From positions 4,094,001 through 4,158,000 of the forward strand of contig CM119378.1 in NCBI GenBank assembly GCA_051294905.1: a DNA stretch of 64,000 nucleotides. The letters are read 5' to 3'. Positions 38,401-49,000 of this stretch are shown piece after piece. Positions within the stretch are counted from its first letter, which is position 1. Every line of letters starts with the position of its first letter. The notes beneath the pieces are model-generated. The model saw only the letters and a list, made by a program, of their open reading frames with translations. It was not told where the DNA came from and made no database searches. The position numbers were made by a program, and so were the translations under genes. The stretch is from Botryllus schlosseri. Its lineage: Eukaryota.

Positions 38401-41400
38401 TATCAAAGATATATCGCACTTGAATATATTGTTGAATACTTGAAATTACAAAATGTCGTCGCGGGCCGCACAAAATGCTCTCGCGGGCCGCGTGTTTGAG
38501 ACCTCTGGACTAGAACAATGTCAAGAACTTTGTGTTATATAAGAGCTTTTCCGATTACCTTTCGCCATTGAAAGTTGTCGAATTCGAGCCATCGATATCT
38601 TCTCATAATTGAAATACGCAACAGCCGGGTCCAAACAAGTCCCCGCTAGCGCCGAGGTTGCTGCGCAACAAACGTTTGCTAAAACGAATATTGCGACGAA
38701 ACAGAACTCACCGGAAATAACTCACGATTGGCTACTTTGTCTGCGATTTCGTTCCATAGCGCGTTGTACTCTTCGAGAGTCGTCATGCTCCAGACTCTTG
38801 CTACTTCCTCGGCTGCGAATGAAAATCCACTGTGTATCGGTCAAAACATTGTCTAGTGGGGAAAGTTCATGATGTATGGGCTGGACATGTCCCCGCTTGA
38901 GTTGGATAACAGGGAGATTTTCAGCTTTTCCAAATTTCATTAAAATTTAATAACCCAGTTTTGTTTTCTTTCAAATTAAACTACAATTAGAATTATAGCT
39001 ACATTATTTTTTTGTTTTCAAATTTGATTATAATTACAATTATAGCCACATAGTTTTTTACAAATTAGATTAAACTAGAAATACCTAATATACAAAACTT
39101 CACGTCAAGTTAGATTTCATTCTCATAAGCACAAGTATGGCAAATGTCTGTATATCGAGCTTGACCCGTTGCTGTCCTGTATAGCATTTTCAGGAAAACC
39201 AGACATTAGATTAGAATTAAAATAGAGCATAGAGCATTGAAAAGGAACAGTGCACATTTAATGTATTGCACAGGAAAGGGATGCCGGGCGATCAAAGGAA
39301 TCGTCGTTGGTACTCGAGTAGAAGCCGACGTACCGCCGTGAATATTTACGAGAGTAGGCTACTTGTAAAAGTAACGAATTTCAATTGATTAAAAACGGAA
39401 GTATTCGTGGCCCTGTTGTGTATAAGTGGAAGTAGAATGAAATCCTAGTAAGCAGCACAAGTTTGTGAAACCTACTTGAGGAAGTTACTTCGATCTTTGG
39501 TGATATATGAGGTTATTTCAAAAGTTATAAAGTCAGGTGCCGCAAGCTCAAATGTCGGGTCCGAAACTTGGTCGATTTATTGCACCTTGCACCATTCATC
39601 ATTTAATTTACTTCAACTCAGAAGGAAAATGGAGACGCCGGGGATTGAACCCGGGACCTCACACATGCGAAGCGTGCGCTCTACCACTGAGCTACGTCCC
39701 CCACGACGAGGATGGGATTCGAACCCACGCGTGCAGAGCACAATGGATTAGCAGTCCATCGCCTTAACCACTCGGCCACCTCGTCGCACGGTATCTCCCT
39801 CCGGCATTTGACTAATTCCTCATTGACCGCATAGAGTTCTAATGTATACCATAAGATTTCAATAATCCATCAGTAAAACGTGATTCTATTTTTCCTTGCA
39901 ATTCAACGGGGGTATGTGACGGGCTGCTTTTTCGGTGTGCTCAAGTATATGTAGCCTGTATTACATATTCCATAGGTTACGTTTTTGGAATGCTTTCATT
40001 TCTACTTCACATTTGTTTAATGGTATCTTCTATTACTTTTCATTCAGTGTGCGTGCCTTCTTTTTACATCGCCTAGGCGGGTAGGTGTCTAATTTCAAAC
40101 ACTACTCCAAGTCATTTGGACACCTTCCTATCTTTTCATCGTATCGCAATCTTGTGGAGCATTGATCTGATAAAATTGTTAATACTGAACTGAACTGAAA
40201 GTGCTTAATTCTTAGACCCTATATTTTATAAAATATAAAGTGTGTTTGGCCCACTTTAATGATTGAAATCATAATAACTGAGCGAAACAGCCCTGTATCA
40301 GGGAAACTGATGTCTTTTTGAAAATCGCACCGATCTGTATAGCGTCACTTGTCCGTTTTCAAATTAACACCGTGGAAATTTGAAAATAGCATCCTCCCAT
40401 TATTTAATACAGACTTCTCGCCCAAATGTACTTTTTGAACTCAGCAACTGTTCAGGCCTTCATTTGGTTATCGCATAGAAACATTTCACAAATTTGATTA
40501 GAATTAGAATTAGAACAAAGAATCATTTCATAAATTAGATTAGCATTAGAGTACCGGCATTTCGCTCTAATTTGTCTAATTATGCTATCAAATTATCTAG
40601 TCGAAGTCTGGCCCCCGCAGTGTCAAATCAGATAATTGACTTTGGTTATCCATCGCTTCCCTGTTCATCATCACTTGAGCAATAAATTAGACTTACCCGA
40701 TATCGCATTGCTGGTGTAGCGATCGTTTAGTGACGAAATAAACACTTCCGTAATTGACGCCATGTCGATTGCGGCTGAAATCCAATCAGTAAGTACTTCA
40801 CTCATGCGTTGTTTAACTCGAACGCAGTGAAATTATACTTACTAACAGTCAAAGTTCCGGAAGCACACGCAGTTTGTAGCACCTTGATCGCTACATTTAT
40901 GTAAGGCGTCAAGTCGAATGAGGCATCGCTTGTAAATTTTGGTGGGTAGGGAACTTCTACAAATTCCGAAATAGAGCAATGGTTTTATTGCTAATGACAT
41001 ACGTTACAAATGTATTACTGTCAACTTATTCTCATCTCGACATTGTTGGGATGACTCGAGTCACTTATTTCATATGACTTGACTTGACTCGAGTCACTTA
41101 GCTAAAATGACTTGACTTGACTTGGCGTATCAGAAATGTGGATTGACTCGTGACTCGGAGCAAAATTCATGAGTCAATTTCAAGCCATCAAGTAATCGGT
41201 GTCGATAAAAATCGCTCCATCTTGCATATGTTCCGATTGTTCGCGAAAAGCTGATATAACCCATGAGAGCAACCAATTATTCAATGATCGTGCGTTTTAC
41301 TCGGCCTCCATCGTTCTCTCACAAATAAATTGACGGCAAATGAAGTGATCGAAGCTGACAGCGTACGTCGTCGTAAACTGACATAGTAAAGTAATTTAAT

Positions 41401-44400
41401 AGCAAAATGTACATTTCTTACCTTAACCAAACCTCATGTTTTATTGAAATTCAATTCGAATATAGTTTATATAGTCCTCAAACATTGGCGCGGGCTCGAA
41501 TTGTATCATATCAATTTGTAAATAGGTAATGTATTGCATCTTATCAATTCGTTTCTCTATTCTCTATTTTGGCTGGTAACTGAGGCTATGCAATTACGTA
41601 TGTAGTTTAGCATCAGTTCGTTGTATAAGTGAGCGATACAGCGCCTTCATGCGTGTATATGTAACTCGATAATCGTTCGTCGGTTCAAAATCATTGACCA
41701 CTCAACTTGTATTTCAGACAGCTAGCAAAATGCAATGAAGTAATCATGCCTCATACTTCGAAATGACAACTTGACTTGAATTGAGACTTGACTCGTGACT
41801 CGTGACTTGACTTGACTTGACTCGAGTCCCCTCCAAAAATCGAGTCACCTTCGAAAATCGATTGACTTGACTTGACTCGAGTCATAATGTGAAATGACTC
41901 GAAATGACTCGTGACTCGAAGGTAGTGACTTGATCCTAACACTGCATCTCGACCTACCTGATAATATCTCCTTCAGTTCCCCATCGACCAGCAAGTTCAG
42001 TAAGATATCACCACCTAATCACAGAAGCAAAAATGGCATTAACTATTTGATAAAATGCATCTCTGAGTGTTTTAACACGGCTATTTTCGTCCGTAAGGCC
42101 TTGTTTCACAAGTCGCTGCGAAACGGTATTCATATCGGAGAATACTTTCTTGTATAGAGCGAAATGAAAATATGTTCCTCATACTAACACATAAATACCA
42201 TAGCTAGGATCTAGAATTCTAAAGCACTGTCAAAAACGCTTACTTTCCCGTCCCCGTAATATGTCGCTGAGCTTTGCGACTGCGACCAGCAAATCAATCT
42301 GCTCTCGGAAAGTCGCCGGTCGCATAAAAGCGTCCAGCATCGCCGAGTTGTTGCACAACTTTCCAAGACAAGCTTGGAATCTGTCCAACGCACGCGCCTC
42401 CTGCTCTTCGCTCAACAAGCCAAAGTTCCGTTTTCTGGCAAGTGCCGCCACGACCCCAGAAGTGACGAAATCACACTGCAAAACCAATATATCATTGCGC
42501 TACGCTTCAGGGAATAAGTAGCAGCAGATTTAAGCCACATGTAGGCTACAGTGCCGGGCTCTTTAGTATCTAGTGCCCCGAGACACTATATATGCCTGAA
42601 TATCCGACCAATTTTACCTTGCTATCACTCTGCTCTACATTGATTTCCTGTTGAGCCTGGAGATTCAAATAACTGGCATTTGAGATGTTATGGCCCCGAA
42701 CAAGCAAAGAAGACTTACTGTGATTGAATAGGGGGATTCGCCGTACCATTCTTTCAGCTGCAAAATGTAATTTGTTTTATTCATTGACCGAGGGCTGGAT
42801 CCTGTTTAGAGTATCTCACCGACATCTCCACGCCATTCGTTATAGGCTGAAAATAAAACACAGAAAGCTATGGCAGCGGTTCAAGTGTGTCAGCCATGGC
42901 GCAAAGTCACATATGCTGTGCATTGTGCAGTATACACCAGGGGTGGGCAAACTGCGGCTTGCAAAGCCGTTTTGTGCGGCCCGTGAAAGGCTCGAGAAAT
43001 GTATTAAAATGTTGATAAAATGCGTACTTAAAATCGAATTACTGCATGGACTCGATTAAACTTTTTCTTATTATATTTCACAACGATAATGATATGTAAT
43101 ATTCTTACTGTTTAAGATATCGTAAGACTCTCGGATCACGAGTGCAATTTTACACCACTCCAGCAAGTTTATTCTGCATTCGGAAAAACAGATTCGCGCT
43201 TGTGTTAGGTAGATTCGTTCTCTCTATGTGCAGAAGTCTTTAAATTTATAAAATCTATATATTTTAGTGGGAGAGTATTTGAAGCTAACATCTTTATGAC
43301 TAGGGTTGTGTTTAACACAAAAATCAATTTAAAACATACATGTTTAAAACATGTTTTTTTTCTGAGCCATGACGTCGCGCATATTCAATTGTAACGTCAC
43401 AGTGAACTGATTTTCACAATTGAATATATAGGGTAGATATAGCTCCTTTGACGAAATAGGCTTCCAACCACGGACCAAATATATTTTTAACCGGCACTAC
43501 ATCGTCATGCAGTATTTTTACGGCCGGGGTCATCATTATCAGAAGATTCATTGCGTACCAATGATCTATAAAGATTCTTTATCTACGTACTGTAGCTGTT
43601 GAACCGACTATTTCGAGGGTTCCGACCATCCCATATAGTAGACGTCCGCTATGTCAGATGGTAATCGTCGTCCGTAGGCTCATACAACATGTTTTTGGAA
43701 AGTATTTACACAATTATAGCACAATTATACATCTTGAAAAAACACAATTTTTTTAAAGACCTCTGTTTAAGACATGTTTTGAACAAAGTGTTTTAAACAA
43801 CCATTTGTTTTAAATGCAACCCTACTTATGACGCTGTCAGCATTGCGTGTCCTGGAGTTCAACCAAAAGTAGAATCAGCAAATCTATAAAGAGATCACTG
43901 CTCACAGATTCTACTCTCCCTCCTGTGCAAAGAATCGGGACAACCGATTTTCGTCCCTAGATCTGAAAAATGGTTATTGAAGTTGACCAGCTTATGAAAT
44001 CTCGCCAATGATTCTGACTCGTATACGATATCATCAAATCAATGTTTGAGTGGTTGGTTATTATTTCCGTATCCTCACTATATATAATTAAATACCAATA
44101 TTGCGTTTTGATTTATAATCCCAATTTTATATATTGCGGCCCGCAAATGTATTGAGATATTGGCTGCGGCCCTCGAGCTAAAAAGTTTGCCCTTCCCTCG
44201 TATACATTGTACAGGATACCGTGTACCACAAAACGTAAAGCCCAGCATGAGCAGAATTACATGTTCTACCATGTCATGCTTGTTCTGTTCATTGTACTAT
44301 AAACCAGCTATTGTTGTCAATACACACTAATCACTCACCCACGTTTCTATAGTGATGGCTGCCTGCAATGAATTGTATGCATTTGTCTAACATTCATCAA

Positions 44401-44474
44401 ACACTCGGAAACAAACTTACTTTCGACTCAGGGCAGAATGATATAATGATCAGAATGCTGAGTACAGTAATCAT
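32450..44474 (-). CDS. Uncharacterised secreted protein, paralog A (~346 aa; micro-exon N-region, 6-Cys core, acidic/Tyr and Pro-Gly-Ser tail)
   Basis: GT-AG exons in transcription order: 44421-44474 (MITVLSILIIISFCPESK), 44339-44362, 44261-44284, 42820-42846, 42719-42757, 42618-42656, 42244-42475, 41958-42014, 40843-40890, 40697-40774, 38726-38812, 38559-38660, 32450-32679 (TAA). Total 1041 nt, open throughout, with exon-by-exon correspondence to paralog B. Individual micro-exons (especially 44261-44284) are less certain. Confidence 0.78.
32741..33367. mobile_element. Foldback element (~627 bp, almost fully palindromic), CATAGTGTCC termini, 7-bp TSD TTCAAAT
   Basis: Left arm catagtgtcctatatggtgtcgacac... 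is mirrored by ...gtgtcgacatcatataggacactatg. A one-arm relative lies at ~52660-52836. Confidence 0.88.
33395..35026. mobile_element. Non-autonomous hAT element, TSD CTCTAGAC
   Basis: TIRs cagtgctcttcaacc / ggttgaagagcactg, GGTGTAC subterminal repeats, perfect 8-bp TSD. Confidence 0.9.
33628..33651. mobile_element. 24-bp collapsed foldback remnant with 7-bp TSD ATTCAAC
   Basis: attcaac-CATAGTGTCCTATAGGACACTATG-attcaac; termini identical to those of 32741-33367. Confidence 0.8.
36107..37520. mobile_element. hAT-type MITE with GACTT/GACTC repeats, TSD CTATATAC (nested)
   Basis: cagtgttgggat / atcccaacactg ends; sister copy at 41041-41944. Confidence 0.9.
36570..36994. mobile_element. Mutator-like foldback MITE with 20-bp tandem repeats in inverted arms, 9-bp TSD ATTGAAATT
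   Basis: (accgagaatggacattaccg)-type repeats on the left and their complements on the right. The TSD is duplicated here but single in the sister host copy (~41443-41451). Confidence 0.85.
39630..39701 (-). tRNA. tRNA-Ala (CGC)
   Basis: Reverse complement is a perfect copy; TTTT immediately downstream on the minus strand. Confidence 0.96.
39704..39785 (-). tRNA. tRNA-Ser (GCT)
   Basis: Reverse complement is a perfect copy; 2-nt spacer to Ala. Confidence 0.96.
41041..41944. mobile_element. hAT-type GACTT-repeat MITE, TSD CATCTCGA
   Basis: cattgttgggat / atcctaacactg ends with a perfect 8-bp TSD; inserted 13 nt into an intron of paralog A. Confidence 0.88.
42938..44198. mobile_element. hAT-type element containing a nested TAGGGTT MITE (43301-43824)
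   Basis: caggggtgggcaaact / agtttgcccttccct ends; reverse-complement similarity to 13018-13835. Confidence 0.72.
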
Positions 44475-45230
44475 TATGCAGTTACGCGCACAAATATATC
44501 CAACTGAAAAATGGAATTTAGAACTACAATCCGAGGGTAACTGACTCAAAAGGTTAGTTATTGATGAACGAATTATGCAATTGATGAACAACTGATGCCT
44601 CCCTCAAACGTATGCTTCCTAACCGCGTTTCTCAGGATGAAGGCCCTCGAAATCGACGCATGGGTCAGATATCAAGTTGAACAGCATCATTGCAAGCATC
44701 TTCGTGCGAGGAGGGCCTACCCGACTTATGCCTTATAAAATCATTGAAGAAAAACCGTAAATACGATGGAGACTTGTCTTCCAGTAGCGCTGCCGCGTGA
44801 CTTGTGTTGAAGGTTAAGTCAATTTGCGATCATGATAATTATGTCCAACCGGATGCTGTGAATACATTTATGCAAACATAAATTATATGTCATCCGGGGT
44901 ATGCCACAAGGAGCGTGCGTAATTTTGTCACGGTCGGACCCCGATAAAATGGGATAATCCAATTATTGACAATTATTGACATTGTGATTGGGTTAGTACG
45001 CGCAGTTCATCTGTCAAATTGTCACGTCACCTGAACTGACTAAAGTTATTGTGAACTTGATAAGGCTTCTGTATGGGGAAAATCGAGGAATCTCGAAGGA
45101 AAACATATTAAGTGTTCCAGCCGTCACTTGAATATTACTGAATATGCGAGGCGGTAAGCTTAGGTATACTGTAGTGTACTTTATGAGGAAGAGGGCATGT
45201 CACCTCTAACCTGTTGACATTCAACCAAAA

Positions 45231-45408
45231 TGGACCATCTGGTGGTGGGGTGTCGAATACCGATCGGTTATAATAACACTTTATCATAAAGTTTACTTCC
45301 AATCATCTCCGGATTTCACTGGACCATCTCGTGGTGGGGTGTCGAATACCGATCGGCTGTAATAACACTTTATAATAAAGTTTACTTCCAATTATCTCCA
45401 GATTTCAC
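45231..45408. repeat. Tandem duplication of an ~89-bp unit
   Basis: tggaccatct..gtggggtgtcgaataccgatcgg..aataacactttat..aaagtttacttccaat..gatttcac occurs twice (45231-45319 and 45320-45408). Confidence 0.9.
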
Positions 45409-46049
45409 CTCGTACCTGGACATTATGTCATGGGCTCATATCATGTTCCTGGGAAATACTGATAATGATAATGCACTTCATCAGCAGTTTTTCAATAGCA
45501 GACAGATTCCGACAAGTTGACCTGACGTTTCATAAAACATGAGGGGACATAGCGTATAGTGGTGAGCTTCGTGGCTGATTTGAATCACAGAACTGATTTC
45601 TGTGAAATATAATGACATCATCCGAATTAAGACTTACAACGACGAAAAAATGCGTGAAATTTTTACGTTCCATAGATTCGATTAATATATTAGTATTATT
45701 ATTGATTACAATAACGGCCCCCGCTTGTTCTTATGATACCCAAAGTGACTCTAGGAGTGGAATGATCACGGTAAGTGGGTGGTCCCATGTGTTATTCAGG
45801 TTTAGGGCTGAGCCAGCGGACGAGATGACTCCTCAGAAGAATAACGAATTACACCTTCATCCCGTGCCACGTCGTTATGGAGTCGCCATGCGTATAATTT
45901 CAGTTGCGTATAAAATCTCTATTACGTGACATCGGATTTTATTGTTTCCGTGGTTTTGGACATATCGTAACATACGGCACACGAAATCATTGTAACCCAG
46001 ATATATTTGAACATTGTACACATAGCATTTGCATCATAATGGAATTATT

Positions 46050-49000
46050 TTAAGGTGCAAACGAATTCGATGGCCCACCACTGGGAGGGCCATTCGAGCT
46101 CGGACCATCGAAACTAGGTGGAGCGTCTCCTTCTGGTCCAGTGTCGCTTGGAGGCGGTGCGTATGCAGCATATTCAGCGTATTCGTAGTCACTTGAGCCA
46201 TCACCCGTCTGACAGTTCACTCCTGAAAGAGATAGCAACTACATGAGACGTCTTTGTGATTAGTAAGAAAAATGAATTCATGCATGCGTATTGCGTATAT
46301 ACCATGTAAGGTTTGCGCGTGAACTTGAAGCTCCTCAATTGTCGCGTGATTGTCATGTTCTTCCAACCTAGGGTCCAAGCAGGGGTGATCTGAACATATT
46401 CAATGCGATTTATCACAACGTGCGAATGTCAGTGATATAATAAAGGCTGGGCAAAAGCACCTGATATATTAGATTCCAAAAAATTACATCGAAACTACAA
46501 TTCCCGTTGAGAATATAACTTTTAGTGAAAAGAGGCATAATTTCAGTATTCGAAATAATCCGCTCCACCTGCTCGACTCGAATCATTACTCAACTCGGAT
46601 TCATTCAAGTATACTCAAATCAACATGCCCAACCTTAGGTGCAATACGTCTGCATATGTCAACAACTGCATACAAGTTGCACATTATAACAATATTGCTG
46701 GTATGCGATTATATAAACTCTGCAGCGAGATACTTTCGAGGAGTTGCAATTTGCAAGGTATTTTTCAAGCGGTCACGAAAGTAGTTGTCTAAACCCGGGG
46801 TCGGCAACCCTCGGCACGCGTGCCATTTGCGGCACGCGAGATGATTTTATTGGCACGCAAAATGATTTGACGCACGCGACATATCAAAACCACGGTTTTG
46901 CAAGAAGTGAAACGGAAGTGAAACCGTTCGGAAGCTTTAGGGCAGCCTGCGGGAGCACCACTAGTATATGAACCGGCATTTTCGCGCTGGGCATTTTCAC
47001 GCTCGGAGACACGACCTAGACATAACATGCGACTCTATGCGGTGTGTGCACCATCATTGGCGGCGGTAATGAATAAAATAACCGCCGCATATTGACCAAA
47101 ACGTTCGACATTGATATGTCCACTGTCCAGGTGACGAATAGTTAATGCGCCCCGCAGCTTGAGCCCAACGTATCAAATGAGACCTGCCGATGAAAACAAT
47201 GAGCCCTGAGTCGAAATGCGAATTGAGAATCGTGTTCGTCTCGCGAAAGGAGTTATTCTTTTAGTTTCGTCTGATACTTGTATAAACGATTCCAATATAT
47301 CTGGAACAACGACCTCGACCGCTTTAACGCGAACTTTTGAGCTTTGCCGACAAATCTAGTGCCGGACCAACCCTAAAGTGACATCAAACTAACTTGTAGG
47401 GGGGGGGCACATTTTTCATCATCAGTCCATATCACCGTAAAAGCACTGATGTGCATGTCACTTGTTGACTATGGTACCGAATATGATGTGCTTGGAAACG
47501 ACCAAAGCAACCAATAAATGATGCAAATAATACGTACATTAGCCGTCTAAAATTAGGGTTGCCATATTTTGGAATCGGAAAAGGAGGACGCTTTTTCAAA
47601 ATTTTGAAACCCAGAATTCCGGAGAAAAATCTTGAGAAAATGGGGTGAATTTATCTCACGTCGTGGTCGGTTGACTAAAATGAAAAAAAAGGTCAACTTT
47701 CTCGCTCAGCGCCCAAAATACAGTTTTTTTTCTTTCACGTTTACAGGTGGTTGACTAAAAAATGAAAAAAAAGGTCATTTTTCCGGCTCAGCTCCCGAAA
47801 TACCCGCCGGAGCTTTACTTCGGTGCTGATTTACGGTATCTCACTCCAATTTGACAGTAAATTTGACAAAAAACCTCAAAAAAGAGGACAAAGTCTCAAA
47901 AAGGAGTACATTTGGGCGTCCTCGGAGGACATTTTCAAAAACCTGAAAAAGGAGGACAAATCCTCCTAAAGGAGGACGTATGGTAACTCTACAGAAAATG
48001 CTTTGCTTAGGTCTAGTGAAGTAGCGAACAAAAGTCATACGCTTTCCGACTTCATATTTTAAGATGTATACTGGCGTAACCGATGCCGTTGCGAGCTGCA
48101 ATTAAGCGGTTGGTGGTATTCCTTGCTTGAAACGCTATATATGGCATAATTAAAAAAAATTGGCACGCGAGTTGGTAATATTTTGACATTTTGGCACGGT
48201 GCATGCAAGAGGTTGCCGATCCCTGGTCTAAACCATCAGTTGAGTGTCGAAGTCGATAGGTGATTCTTGAGCACCTGTAATGCGTTGCTTGGCCGCTTCA
48301 TTCCACCAGTTCTTTAGTGCACTTTCGTTATAGAGATTGCTCATGATCTTATTGATTACTCCACCTGGAACGACATGCAGAAGTGGAATCGACTGTAACT
48401 ATAGGGTCTACAGTTGAAGTCAAAGTGACAACATAGCCCGTCAATTATTAGATGCACATAGCATTCAGGCGAATGCAACCCGGATTTTGTTTGACTTTTG
48501 AGTCACTGTGTAGCAGATCTGCGGTAATCGAGATTTCTAAAGGGAATCTGGGTAATATTCCCGAGCCTCGACGCGGAGATTGGCGCTTCGGCGCCCAATG
48601 CGGCCATGCAACTGAGCCCCGGGCCGCTGGCGGTAGTCTCCCGGGAAGCGAGTTATCTTTTTTACGGAGCAGAATCCCTGCCCAGCGCTCTGAATGTCCG
48701 ATGGAAGAAATTCAATCAAGCATGGATAAGAAGCGGAAGTAATGAGCAGCCCTTCGTATTAATCAATACCCAAGAAGCAATGCTCCCTCTAATTTTTGAC
48801 GCATCTGCCCAGACTCGCCAACTCACAGCACAGATCCTTGGACAACAGCGCGTAACGACTGAAAAAAGGTCATCACTTCGGATTTTCTGTGCGCAGAGAC
48901 CTTGTCAGCACTGCGCATTTGCACACGTGTGCAGCTTGGAGGGAACATTGCCAAGAAGTAACTTTCGGATTCAAAAGATGGGTGAATGGTAACCCATGTG

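Larger units (their letters stand above)
35059..38507. mobile_element. hAT (Buster-like) element, TSD GACTAGAA, host of nested insertions
   Basis: TIRs cagaggtctcaaac / gtttgagacctctg with a perfect TSD. Confidence 0.9.

Noticed and set aside
42040..42150. Possible extra exon of paralog A (KVFSDMNTVSQRLVKQ...)
   Set aside because: No clean phase-compatible acceptor/donor pair. Direct splicing from 42244 to 42014 is in frame and matches paralog B's structure.
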